DNA from: Sphaerodactylus townsendi
Lineage: Eukaryota
Direction: 5' to 3'
DNA length: 64,000 nt
NCBI RefSeq assembly: GCF_021028975.2
Contig: NC_059432.1
Span: 72,540,001-72,604,000, forward strand
Position numbers and translations under genes: made by a program. Below, piece by piece: positions 50,970 to 63,891 of the stretch. The notes beneath the pieces are model-generated. The model did not search any database. It worked only from the letters and a program-made list of their open reading frames with translations, and had not been told where the DNA came from. Positions within the stretch are counted from its first letter, which is position 1, and each line of letters starts with the position of its first letter.

Positions 50970-52689
50970 CTGTTTAATAAAAGACAGACAAATGTGAGCA
51001 TTGTCTTAGCTGTTACTTGGCTTTTCAAAATATTGGTTTAGGCTTTGGAACCAGTAAAATTATGGAAGGCTTCTCTCTGGGAATTTAACTTACAGTTTCA
51101 AGAGAGATAAGGAATGGAATGGAGTCAAACACTGGTGCAGATGGGGGCCAGGAGCTTTAAGGCCAGGGAATTTTGTCCTTGCATTCTATCTCATTAGGGC
51201 AAGGAAGAAGTGGGGAGGGGGCTGCTTGATTCTGAGCACATACTGGCTCAAAGTGGTCACGTAATCAGCAACCAGTATCAGCTGCTGGCAGTTTGGCATA
51301 AAGCAAGATCCTTTGTTCTAGTTTGTACCATTTGGTCAACCCCTTGTGGATTACTGTCCTTTGGGTCATCCTTCTGTCTGGGTTGTGCCTTACATGGCCA
51401 GAATATCTGCTCTTGGACTTTGCACTTTCAAAAGTTTAGCTGGATTCTATGTTTCAGTCTGGTCAGGCAACATCTGGATCAGAGGACCAAAAAGCCTACC
51501 TAAGTATTTTAATTTAGCTAATTATATTTTATTGTTTTCTTCCTTTCCCTTCTATTTGGATACTTTTTGCACATTTATTTTAATAAGCATTATTAACTAT
51601 ACTTCTGTGATGCTGTTTAGGTTTGGGGGCTTCAATCTAAATCCAGTGTCTTGGCATACATCGGCTACAATTACCACAGTAATTGTTTTTGGTGGCTTAT
51701 TATCCTGGGCAGTGAGGATTGACTCCCAATGTTGTGTTTTGTTTTGCCCTAAGCTGTTACTACCACTTGAAAGGTGCGCCAGATGTTCTTGGCATGTCAA
51801 GGCAGACCACAGAGGTCCAGTTTTGTCATCTCCATATAGGGTCAGACATTTTGTAAAGAATTTATTTTTATTGTTTAATTTATATTTGCATGTATTAGCT
51901 GCCCTAGACCACAGTCTCAGGGCAGATTACAATAAAACATGCAACATTAAAATCATGACAACAAAAACACAATTAAACCCAATTTTAAAAAATCACAATA
52001 AAACTCCATTTTAGGAAACACAATAAAACCCCATTCTAAAAACCCAGACACAATCTAAAATCTCACATGAGAAGAAGGGTTGATATACCATAAGAAACTT
52101 GTGCTAAAATGAAGAATGAAATTGTATATAGTGATATCCATTGGTTGAAGTGGACAGAAATGGACAAATTATTGGCAAATGTTTCCTCAATGAACATAAT
52201 TACAACAAAACCTGTTACCCACTATTATTGGCTAAGGTGGTTATATTTTCACAGAAGGCTTAATTAGTACTAGGATAAATGGTTTATGCAGGCCGAACAA
52301 TGTTTAATTGAACAATTTGGTTAACAACAAACCTGAATTTTATTTTCCATGTTTATTTTCCATGTTTAGAATTTATAAATATATAGCCTTACTGAGCCAC
52401 GGGCTGGATTTCATGATCATTTCACAGATTATACAGAGGCAAACCCAAATTTCCCATTAAGGCTCCTGGAATCTCCTCTGATAGCTTACCCTGTGTTAGA
52501 AAACTGCTGGTAGTTTGGCATAAAGCAAGATCCTTTGTCCTAATTTGTACCTTTTGGTCAGTCCTTTTCCTCCTGGCATTGTGACCACTTGAAAGAGAAC
52601 CTAAACCAATGTTTGAATACTGACCCACGGTTTAGAGAACCTTTGCTCTAAACAACAGCAATTATGAAGGATTTCTTTTGTGTTCTTAC

Positions 52690-52960
52690 CCTTGGCAAAT
52701 TAAATCTCAAGTGGTTGCCCATGATGTTGAAGTTTTGGCCAATAGTTTTGAACTCCTCAACAAAAGCTGTTTTGAAGAGGCTAGGATACCCCAGATTGAC
52801 ATGAGGTGCATGCGCAAGGGCCACAGTGAGATTGTGTTTCTCTGAGAAGTTGAAGAGGATATTCAAGACTGTGCTGCTAGCAGTTTTGTGTGTCTTCAGG
52901 TACATGACATTTGTTGTGGGTAGACAGTGTGTGATGTCCTGGGTAAAGGTAGGCCACAGC
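52690..52960 (-). pseudogene. GAL3ST2: GAL3ST2 exon with 5'-PAPS-binding motif ([16 protein letters not shown])
   Basis: 271 nt, AG/GT flanked, phase 2/0, open; located between NEU4 and D2HGDH. Confidence 0.92.
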
Positions 52961-53274
52961 CTGCACCAATATAAAATAGAACAAACATGAGGAAGATGGT
53001 TCATTTTAATCTTCTTTCAAAAACTACCTTTCCCACTACTTGCTACCACAACATTTTTCTCTGTTCTGTTTTGCACTTCTTCGTGGATATGATGGCCAGC
53101 CTTTAATATGATCTGCTTTAATATGACCTGTGATGGAATACTACTGTAAAACCTAGCAGCATCACACCTACATGGTAAAAAGGAACTTTGATCAAATGGA
53201 CTTTGATCTGCCAGATGGGGAAACCAAAAGGCCATGGAAATGTTCCCAGGAGATGCCCAAATAACGCACTTGTC

Positions 53275-53646
53275 TGTCACAACCAGTCATGAAAGTGTTA
53301 ACTATGTGTTTATAAACAGGATGTTGAGGTCACATTCTGATGAGCTGACCTATTGATTAGCTATTGGCCAGCTTGATAGCCATTGCTTACATGTTTGTGA
53401 GCATGTATACCTGCAGTTATAAAGTTAACTTTCTTTCTTTGTTCTCATACTCTCAGTTCTTGCCATGTGCTGAGACAATTGTAAACATTGTAAATCTGTA
53501 CATCTCGGTACAGTATAGTATTTATTGTTTTTTTCCATGTTACCCTACCCTTTTAGCTAGTAAACCTTTTTACTGAGCAGTTCACTAGTATCTGGGTCTT
53601 TATGGGTATCTGCTAAACTCTGCTAATAATGTATACCCACCAACAC
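53275..53646 (+). mobile_element. Possible solo LTR
   Basis: Starts TGTCAC; contains TATAAA and AGTAAA; ends near ...caaca; no clear TSD. Confidence 0.35.
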
Positions 53647-54859
53647 AACCTCTTCCCTCCCCTCCCTTGCATGCCACCCCTCCCTCCCCTCCTCCCTCCC
53701 TTCCCTTACATGCCACTCCTCCCTCCCTCCCTCTCCCTCCCTTCCCTCTCCCTTCACTAGGGTGGGTGGGCCATGTCCAGAAGCCGGGCCCCCTCCCTCC
53801 CCTCCCTTGCATGCCACCTCTCACTTCCTCCCTGAACGCATCCGATTTAAATTGGTTCCCCACTTCTACTGTAGCTATTAGAGAAAGTAGACCTACTTGA
53901 TCAACTTTTCATCCATTTGAAGGAATCCTGCTAGGAAAACAAATCCCAGCCAAAAAGAAAGACACATAATTTTTTTTAATACCTGGAATAGAACCAAGAT
54001 ATAGTCAGTATTTTCTAATATGATCATATATTTTAAAATGTTGGAACACAAACTTACATAGATTTTATACCAGCTAACTGATTAAAGATAATGGTTTTCC
54101 CCAAAGAATCCTGGGAATGTAGCTGGCTTCTCCAGCAGAATTTCCTACTGCCTTCCACAGAAAAATAGTTTCAAAGGAGAAAGGAAATAATCATAAACTC
54201 ATCTGTGGCAAACATATGCCTGAGGTTATATTTAAAATAGTCACTGATATGCAGGCCTTAGAATCACCAGGATCCAGGTAGGATCAAGAGTTCTCCAAGA
54301 ATTACAACTGATTTCCAGATTACAGAGATCAGTTGTCCTGGAAGAAATGGCAGATTAAGAAGGCAGAATCTAGAATATCACCAGCCCACTGTACTCTTTC
54401 CCCTCCCCAATCTTCAGCATATCCAAGCCTTCCCTTCCATCAATCTCCAGGAACTTCCCAAGCTGGAGATGGCAACCCTAAATACATTTGAAACAAAATG
54501 GAAGAGATGAAGCCTGAGAAAAGTCATAGACCTTTATATGCAAAGTAGGAAAATAAAACACTAAGATTATTCATTGCAATCCTTTGGAGGGTTACACCCT
54601 TCTAAACCTATTACCACCCAGATCAGTGCATGGACCATGCCAAGGCCTTGAATCTACCAGAGGATTTCTGTGGATGAAAGAATTGTGCCTATGGGATGCC
54701 CCCCCTCACCACCTGCAGCCCCAGATATTCCCTTCCTGTTATTGATGTGTGCTCCTTCATCTCAACTACACATAGATTTTGGTCCTGTGACATTCAGAGA
54801 CAGGAAAAACTAGCCAAAGTATATGCCTCCTTTATGCTTTTTTCATAGCATTAACTCAC

Positions 54860-54925
54860 CTCTGAATGAACAGAATCAGTAGTAATCACATAGGGAAAAC
54901 TGCAAGGAATGTGACTACTTGAAGG
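54860..54925 (-). pseudogene. GAL3ST2: Probable GAL3ST2 transmembrane exon with in-frame TGA (LQVVTFLAVFPM*LLLILFIQ-R)
   Basis: 66 nt, ttAG acceptor, AG|GTGAGT donor, phase 2/2 compatible with the next exon; hydrophobic; stop at 54886-54888. Confidence 0.7.
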
Positions 54926-57859
54926 CTAACATACAATTGATTCTAGCTGAAACAATAGTTGGTGGCACCCTTTCCCTTTGCAGCAACAATGACGTGGCCA
55001 TTAATGTCTTTTTCCTTTTTTTATAAACCTAATTGCACAATTATGATCATGCAAAAACTAGCTCCCTCCTCCCTGCTCCTCTTATCAAACACTTGTATTG
55101 CCACGCAACAAGCAACAGCAGTCTCAACTCACCCACAAGGAGTGGCTGATGCCTGGACCTCAGGCAGCAGCAGACGGTACAGTGACTGTCATTATTCAGC
55201 AGTGGAGGGAAAGGGTGAGCGCGTGAGAGTAACAGCCACACTCCACTCTTTTATTTTTACCTGTTCTGTGTAAGCCCTGCCTCAAAGCAGTGTGGTGATT
55301 GCCTTGAAGTGAGTAATGCTAAAACTCAAGTTTTAAAACTCAAGAGGAGGAGGGAGCTAGTGGCACAGGACTGAGGGTTAGGAAAGGTGAAGGGGTTGTC
55401 CCCTTAGGAGGGTGCTATTAACCCTTGCATGCTGAGGCAGGCATCTGGAAAGAGGAGCAGGATGAGGAGGGAGATGATGATGCAGGGCCAAGGAGGAAGG
55501 AAAGGCAGGAGGGGTTTGCTGCTAACCTTCCAACAGTTTTCTAGAGCCCATTGTATTTGTTCGTACAATGGGCTTTACTTCTAGAGGAAAAAAATGTTTT
55601 TTGCCACTCCATGAGAAAAAAAACAAAAAGAAGTAGCACCTTAAAGAATAACAGATTTACTGAAGAACAAACCTCAGTGGGCTGGAGTTCACTTTGACAG
55701 ATACTTGAAATTAACACTTATATGTCTTGTACAAAAAAATCACAAATTATACCTCTTGCACAACATTGCCATTTTACCTACATCACAACCCACTGTGAGG
55801 ACTCCATGGGCTCTTCCAGCCAAGGCTTCTTAGTAGAGTTCCCCTCTTATTTTGGACTTGGTTGTTTTGTTAATTACCCTCTTTTATGGCCAGAGGTTCT
55901 GCAAGTTGGCGAGCCTCATAAAGGCACCTGGGTCGAGTCATGACACTGGAATTCCCAGGAATGAAGTGTGTTGCTGCAAGGAAAGCAGAACAAGTGCAAT
56001 CTCCCTCAGCTAGATGGCATGTCACCCTCAATAACAAAAGACGTTTCAACACTGGAGACACCGTCCAGTATTCTGACAAACCCCAGAGGAGTCTGCCCAG
56101 CCCAAGGATGTTGTTGGTTCATCAATCAAACCCTGGATCCTCTTCCTCCTTTTTTTAAACTTCACCAAGATGGACACTCAAGTAATTCATTTGCCCTACA
56201 TCCAATTTCAGGAGTTAGGTGACCTCATCAAGGCTTTTGCATTCATGTAGATCTAGCTCACTTTAACGTAACTAAATGTTGTTAATCATTCAGGCTCTTT
56301 GTGCCCATACAGATTTGACTCACAATAGCCTAATCAAGATATTTTCCCCTCACAGATGTTTGACAGCAATTAACTTTCAACCAGCCAGTGAGATTTAAAC
56401 TTTTTATCTTGATTCAATCGAAAATTGGAATGATTTTTTTTACCACATGATCAGTAATTAATGAAGTATAGAAAAGTTTTGCAAGAGTGAGAGGTGGCTG
56501 TTGGGGGGCCTGGTGTTTTGAACACATGGATAATGAATTTTGAACATGTCTGGAAGAAAGATAAGGGATGTGGGGGAAGCAGCTTTGGTCAAGTGCTTCA
56601 GACATTTAACATCCTGATCATACAGATCAGTGGTAGAAAATAGAATCTCTGCAGTCATAGGCTACTGGATCATACCACCCAGAAAAATTCCTCAGACCTA
56701 ATTCTGTGGGAGGACAGGCAAGTGATTTAAACATACATTTTCTGCCTTAAACAAATGTATTCAATTGGGCCAAAAATCTGTTGAAAATCACTTTCATCAT
56801 ACTTCAGAATGTTCACTTTCTCTCTTTGTACATCTTGAAATATACATACTTGCTCTAAAAAAAGGCTTGCTAATAGACTTGCTGCTGAATAATATAAGAA
56901 TTAGAATCATATGCTGGTTTTATTCAAAGGAAGTATGACTTGATTGGCATCACAGGCTAGCTGTCATATATTTGAGAAAGAACCTTTCAAACTGACTAGA
57001 AATGGAAACCACCCATATATCAAAATGCTCCATTTAATCTTATTCATATGACTGAAAAGTAGCTTAACACACATTTCCATCTTCAACTTAAGCAAGGCAC
57101 TGTTGCTTCACAGAAATTCAAACTAAGGACTGTTATTAGTATTAATTTACTGACTTTAACATGCCATTTCTTGACAGACGTGAATCAGTTAGAAGCAGAA
57201 ACAGTACATAACAACTATTATTTGTTATAACAAAAGCACACTCCAGGACTTCATACTACATTTGACAGTGTGAAGTTGAAGTTTCACACTATAAATCCAC
57301 AGACCCTCACACTTTCATTACAGAATCTGAATAACAACTCAGAATTCCATGCTGCCTAATTCACATTCCACACCATTTTGCTGCCTTCTTTCCACTGTAC
57401 GCTTAATAAGCACACAAGGGCTTTTCTAGAGTTAATGACTGCAGATCAGAATGTGAATGAAACCATCAATTTGAAACATGTGAGATTCCAATTTTAAGAA
57501 TAATGTAGAAGTAGATTTGCTGGATCCAAATTCTAAAAAAACCAAGTGACACTCCTGACCCACAGCACTGGTTTCCTGCATCCTGGCCAGTTCCTACTTC
57601 TACAGGGGTGTGACAGCCTGTACCTGCTCAGAAATGCATGGACACAAATTTAATGTTGTCATTACTATCACCACTGTTCATCCTCCAAACCACACTATTT
57701 CAAGCAACCAACCTTTATCTATAGGATTCATACGCATTCCTTACCAAGGAATTTTTAGGTCAAGAGCTGGCTATATTTGACCCTTGCCTTGTGCATCACA
57801 GAATTCTACCCTGTTGCCTAGGTGAGACAATCAGGATGGACTCTGTTGCCTTGGAAACC

Positions 57860-58146
57860 CTGATGGCAGGGACTCTCAAGGCACAGATAGCTTTAAAAGG
57901 GCATTTGACAGATTAATGGAAGACAGGGTCTATCAGCAGCTGCAAGTCATGGTGACTAAAGGGAACCTCCACATCAGAAGCAGTAAAACTCTGAATGCCA
58001 GTGCCAGGAAGCAACACCAGAGGAAGGTCAACCCCTATGCCCTGTTGTTGGACCCTCCAGAGTAACTGATTGATCACTATGTGAAACAGGAAGCTGGATT
58101 AAAGGGACCACTGGTCTGATCCAGCAGGGCTTTTCTTCTGTTCTTA
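57860..58146 (+). mobile_element. Older CR1 LINE 3' fragment
   Basis: gatagctttaaaagggcatttgacagattaatgga...ggtctgatccagcagggcttttcttctgttctta. Confidence 0.75.
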
Positions 58147-58439
58147 ATGACTATCTAAACTAACAACTATTCCATAGTCATTTAAAGGTTATTGCCTGTT
58201 ATTGCATATTCTGCTTTTTTGACCTCATTTTGCATTTAAGCAAATACTAATAGCCATCTCTGTATTATGGTGAGCAGCAGTATCAGAATTTCTCCATTCC
58301 CAACAAGATCAGTCCACCTTCTGCACGGAATCTTAAATATTGTCTTAAGTTCCTAAACATTGATACAATGCATATAATGCAATATGTCAAAGACTATACT
58401 GCAATAGTAATCAAACAGGTAAACATTTTTTTATCTGCA

Positions 58440-59636
58440 CCTTATCTAAAATTTATAATTTCTAAGTTATTTGAAATTGTTACTACTATCTCAACAATGC
58501 ACAGGAAAAACCCTGAAATGAAATGAAAAAATGGTAAAATGGGCACAAGACCAAGAAATATTGATAGAGCAATGGACTGAATACGGGGCGAGCATATTCA
58601 GATATACTCAAAACATGAAACTATGGGAGAATAATCTCAAGTTATTTTATAGAAGCTATATTACACCAGTTAGTGTTGTCAAAAATAAATAAGAACAGCT
58701 CACCATTATGCTGGAAGTACAAGAAATGTGAACTAATTAATAAATACTGGGAGATGATCCATTCCCAGATTTTGAGTATTATTGGGGCACAATTCCCACG
58801 TCAACCCATGGTTTATCTGCTAGGTCCTGTGTTCTCCCACAGTGAGGCAGTACAGAAACATTCACACCTGATTCTTTCATCTGACAACTGCGGCTAGGAT
58901 AGTACTTGCTACCATGTTTCCCCGAAAATAAGACAGTGTCTTATATTAATTTTTGCTCCCAAAGATGTGCTATGTCTTATTTTCAGGAAATGTCTTATTT
59001 TTCTGTGTTCTGTTCATCGGGCATGCTTTCAAACAAAAACTTTGCTACGTCTTACTTTCAGGGATGCCTTATATTTTGCACTTCAGCAAAACCTCTACTA
59101 CTTCTTATTTTCAGGGGATGTCTTATATTGGGGGGAACAGGGTATGTTATGGGAGTCAGAAAAAATACCAACCCAGGGTGAATGGATAGACAAGGTAAAT
59201 CAACTTTATACAATTGACAGAATGGCACATTGGTTAAGGAATCAAACTGATGACAAATATAATTGGTCATTGTGGAAGAAATACATTAGTTCGAGTTACA
59301 CTGTAAATAAAGTAAATAGTACAAATACTTTTTTAACAGAAGGAATTTGGTGATCTAGACTGCATTGTTGGTGATGTGTACCGAATTGAGTGTTAACTGT
59401 ACACCATTATATGAGGATTTGCAATTTTATAATATGCAACAAAAGAATGTTAAATTGGTTACTAAAATTAGAGGTATTTTTTCCTGATATAAGATGTTTG
59501 AATATGTAATATATGACAGATAAAATGAAGTTCAGCTATATTTTCTGTGGCAGGAGATAACACATTCTTATGTTCTATGGTTGAATTTATTGTGATATTT
59601 TTGATTTGAATAAAATAAAACTTTATTAAAAAAAGA
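58440..59636 (+). mobile_element. L1-like LINE 3' fragment (ORF2 C-terminus and A-rich tail), split by a MITE
   Basis: CWK..KC, WEMIH..I, YLLG, TAARIVLA|MLW....PT..EWI.KV; aataaaataaaa...aaaaaaa tail; left boundary approximate. Confidence 0.7.
58912..59142. mobile_element. Tc1/mariner-superfamily (pogo/Tc2-like) MITE nested in the L1 fragment
   Basis: TIR ccatgtttccccgaaaataagac with imperfect counterpart; TA duplication; excision restores the L1 frame; internal tcttattttcaggg repeats. Confidence 0.85.
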
Positions 59637-61643
59637 TTTTTAGGGTTAGTAGTCAAACGAGTGGTGTCACAGCACCCTCTAGTGGCAGAAGTCAGGCTCT
59701 ATTTTCCTGAGAAGTGAGATCTGACTTTAAAAAGCTTATGCCAGAATGTTAGTCTTCAAGGTGCCACCAGATTTCTTCGACCCCCCCCCCCCACCAAGTC
59801 TTTCACCTTCATTCATATTTTTATCAAGTGCACTTATTGTCTGTAGCCCACCATCTACCTGTGTCTCATTGATGAAATACTGTTTCAAGGACATTTAATA
59901 TGCAGTCCAAAGGAAGGAGCTAAGCTACATTGGAAGCGGTGGTTGGGTTCCGTTGGCGTCAGTGCCACCAGCACTGTGCAAGATTAGTGCTTGCTTCTTT
60001 TCACCACTACACCACACTGGCTCTCAGCTAGGTCAGGGCACACAAAGAAAGCTTATGTCACAGTAATTGGCTGTTCTTTAAGGTGCCACAAGACTGTTAC
60101 CACCAATAGTGTATTTAATTTCCAAATATCAGAAGTTGATTCAGGAGGGAATGTAGTGGGGGAGTGGAAGAACAGCTACATGCATCCAACTGTCTTGCCA
60201 TAGCTGGGAGAGCAAGTACCTGCTTACATGAGGGGGCTACATGAAACACAACCCTTCTTGTCTAACCAACCTTAAGTACCAAAAAATGTTTAATGATATT
60301 GTAAAACTGGGGAAAAAAAGCACTGAAGAACTGTGGGCTGCTATGACTTCTTTCTGTGGAAGCCGGAAATCAAGAGCAGAGCAAGGTTCCACTGTTAACA
60401 CAACAGGCTCATAGGATCCAACTTCTAGAAACCATGAGCTTGAAAACACACGGAGGCAAAATCCATGAGGGGTAATGCAGGATGCCAAGAAAATGTTTTG
60501 TACACCTTTTCTCTGCCTGAATGTTCTCCCATGGAACTACCTCTCCCATCATTTTTCTCACAGTAGGGGTTGCTTCCATTTATAAGCCTTATATAGTGGG
60601 GACTGGTTCAGGGAATATGGTGGCTGGATCTTTGGTGCCATCTAGCCTGGTACTGTGTACTACTCTAACAGCAGCTCTCCAGAGTCCCAGTGACAGGAGG
60701 ACCCTTCCCACCGCCAAAGATCCTTTATCTGGACTTGGCTTGGATTGAAACTGGAACCTTCTGCACATGTTCTAGAGCTGCATGCCCTCTCCGCACTATG
60801 AAAATCTACTTGGAAGGATTCAGGGGAAAGTTCAGCAACCCGCTCTCACTCATTCATGCTGTGCTTTTAATTCACCACCACCACCCATTTACCTCAAAGG
60901 AAATAACCACCTATCAGTTTTAACATATGGGTCATCATGCCATAATGTCTACATTTTAGTCTGTGCTTAGGCAAGACGTTATTCATGAACATGTTTTTTT
61001 AAAAGGGCAAAGAATCAACCAAAACAGGCTGCACTGAAACACAAAAGCAAAACACAGTATTACTGCTTGAATTATCCGTTTTATTTTTTCCTTGAAGAAG
61101 TGAAACATTCATTGCTGATGTATAATTCAATGTACAAAATGATCACCATTCTTCTAGAACCCTGTGAAAACTTGCTGCCATTTTAATTTAGACAGCTGGG
61201 GAGACAAGAAGCTACTGCAAGCCATGTAAAAATATCTGTTTATTATTAAAAAGACTATGGCATTTTTTTCATCTGCACAGTGAGCCCTGACCTGACCTGA
61301 CACTAGAATAAACAGGCTCCCTTCAGAGGGAGGTGCTTCCAACAGAGCAGCTGGGTGAGTGGGGGTCTGGCAAAAGAACAAGGGAAGGAAGGGGATGAAG
61401 AGGGAGAAGCAGAGAGAGAAGAAACTAAGGAGTTTTTATCCTGAGGGATAGAACATTTCTAAACAGGAGGGTCCTGGATAGAAATGTTGTGAAGACAGAG
61501 AAAGGCAGCTGGCAGAAGAGTGGCCATCTTCTGACATAAATGTTCAATCCTGAGGGTTACTGGGACTTCTGCTGTGATTGTCAGAAAAAATGGCTTCTCG
61601 GTGGCTATGAGAACACAACCTGCCTATAGTTTGTGAGTCAGGA

Positions 61644-62161
61644 CAGTGACGTAGCTATAGATTTTTTATGGGGTGGTTTCGGGGGCATGGCCACATCCCC
61701 ACCACCCCTGGGTGTGTGGCCACACCTCCCCAAGCTCCGCCCCCTGCCTCAGTGCTCCAAGGCAGGGGATGGCAGTCTCCCCTACCCCCCCCCCCCCACC
61801 AGCTGGGAGCCCAGCTGGCAGCCGGCAGTCCCTTCTTCCCTTCCCTACAGGGAGAAGAGACTGCAGTCCCCAGTCTCAGAGAGCTACTTTTATAAGCAAT
61901 GAGGCCAGGGGGTGGGGCTTGGGAGACACGGCCACGCCCCAGGCGTGGGGGGGCATGGCCACATCTCCCAAGCCCCGCCTCAGGGCTTATAAAAGCAACT
62001 CTCCGAGGCCGGGGATTGCAGTCTCTTCTCCCCGGAGGAGAGGGAAGAAGGGACTGCTGGCTGGGAGCCCAACCAGTGGGGGGGGAGGGGGCAAAGGGGC
62101 AGAGCTTTGGACATGTAATGGGGGGGAGGTTTGAACCCGTAAAACCTTACCTACGTCCTTG
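61644..62161. mobile_element. GC-rich non-autonomous hAT (Tip100-like) element
   Basis: Imperfect TIRs CAGTGACGTAGCTA / CAAGGACGTAGGTA; perfect 8-bp TSD agtcagga. Confidence 0.85.
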
Positions 62162-62297
62162 AGTCAGGACCTAGAGATTAAGGAGACTTTCTTCTCTTTT
62201 CACACTGATTAAGACTGATTTATATAAATTTTATTTCCACTGTTTTGTTTGAAATTCCCACTGCATATTTCAATAAAAGTAATTTGTTTAAGTTTTG

Positions 62298-62502
62298 GTT
62301 GTGGTGGGTTTTCTGGACTGTGTGGCCGTGGTCTGGTGCATCTTGTTCCTAACGTTTCGCCTGCATCTGTGGCTGGCATCTTCAGAGGTGTATCACAGAG
62401 GGAAGTTACACACTGTGTCAAGATCCACCAGACCACGGCCACACAGCCCGGAATACACACCAGAACCAGTTGAATCCGGCCGTGAAAGCCTTCGACAATA
62501 CA
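62298..62502 (-). mobile_element. Short Penelope-like element end with inverted termini and a minimal hammerhead motif
   Basis: Inverted tgtgtggccgtggtctggtg/caccagaccacggccacaca; 14-bp direct flanks ttgtttaagttttg; hammerhead core on the minus strand. Confidence 0.8.
62348..62388 (-). ncRNA. Minimal type-I hammerhead ribozyme motif
   Basis: CCU-CUGAAGA-U-GCC...GGC-GAAAC-GUU-AGG: conserved core, 3-bp stems I and II, loopless palindromic stem III. Confidence 0.65.
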
Positions 62503-63005
62503 TTGTTTAAGTTTTGTTTGCGGGTATCCACAATTCTATGACTGCTTACCTGGCCCTTTTAAGGCTAAAGATGCTACATTTTGGGGAGGCCCTCTGTCAT
62601 AGGTGAAGTCACAGGATGGTACCCCTGTTGAAATCAGAATGGGCTGTATTATAACACTTGACGTACTCTGTGACACTGTCCAAATTCCTGGGACTTTTTT
62701 CCTCTAAATGCTCTGCTCTACCCTTTCTTGCTGCACAGCAGTCTTACGAGTGCATGGCTCAGAGCAAAATCCTCAGAACAAGGAGAAATTTAAACTTTGA
62801 AAATCAAATGGCTGAAGTGATACTCTTCCCAGTCTGTCCAAAACGTATGATGGCAGGCAAGATTGGAAGTGCAGCAATTCCTTTACCCAGGCAAAAGAAA
62901 TGCAAATCTCTGGATCAGTTGGTTCATGGCTAAGAACTAGAAAACAGAACACAGTACTAGAACACACCTGTCCAAACATTACAGATTCTTCCCCTGCAGG
63001 CAGAT

Positions 63006-63268
63006 TCATTCTGATTTGACTGGTAATGTCTTGTAAGGGTTTAGAATGCCTTTGGGGTCCAGCATGGCCTTGAACTGCTGCATGAGAAGAACAGCCTCCT
63101 GTGGCTTACTGTAGTGTATAAAATGCTTCTTCTTGAAGCCCAGCCCATGTTCTGCACTGATACTTCCACGATACTGGGATGTCCATTCGTACACATAGGG
63201 TTCAATGGCTTCCAGAAGGGAATGACTGTAAGATTCTGCTGTAATGTTCAGATGCAAGTTTCCATCTC
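63006..63268 (-). CDS. D2HGDH: D2HGDH last coding exon (DGNLHLN...[10 protein letters not shown]...[18 protein letters not shown])
   Basis: ggcAG acceptor, phase 1; GDGNLH and SAEHG motifs of the FAD-linked oxidase C-terminus. Confidence 0.97.
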
Positions 63269-63725
63269 CTGCCAAAGCAAACCAGACCTTGAAACTGGAT
63301 GGCTTCAAAAGAAGAACGTAAGCTAGCTGTGCTATGCAACAGTGCTTCATATTTCCACTCCATATTTCCAAGGGGTAGACTAGCTTTCTTCAGTCCTCAA
63401 GAATCTCACCTGCTTTCCAGTTAAAACCAGAAATTCCAGCACTAGTTCAGATTGCTCCTTAAATACTTAAAAGGTTATGAGCATTAGTTACAAAGCGACA
63501 GGGAAGAGAATACACATAAGTGAAGAACAGTTTCTATCCCATTTTTGGCTCACACTTTCTTCAAAAATGTCAGAGAAACAGCTACCCTCAGATCATGAGG
63601 TTGCTGTTATGTCTAGTTTGGCCCTACGGTGAGAAACAAGAGCTGAACCAAGTCAGTCTCTTAGCCACTATACTACCCTTAACCCAAAACAATAAAGGAT
63701 CTTTTTAACATCCTCTCCAACTCAC

Positions 63726-63891
63726 CAAGATGGCCATAGCCCACAACATTCTTGGCACTTCTGCCCAGCTTTGTCCTCATGTCAGTCACAAGATCATAAA
63801 TTTTCTCCACAGGAAGTGAAATGTCATATTTGTAAACATATCCCTCACACGTTAGGGCCTCTGTGATTCGCTCCCGTAAAGCCCACAGCAT
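63726..63891 (-). CDS. D2HGDH: D2HGDH penultimate exon ([13 protein letters not shown]...YKYDISLP...VVGYGHL-G); gene continues beyond the window
   Basis: 166 nt, AG/GT flanked, phase 0/1. Confidence 0.97.

Noticed and set aside
51346-52014. 222-aa hydrophobic plus-strand ORF
   Set aside because: Non-ATG start, antisense in a GAL3ST2 intron, AT-rich and running into repeat sequence; no family motif
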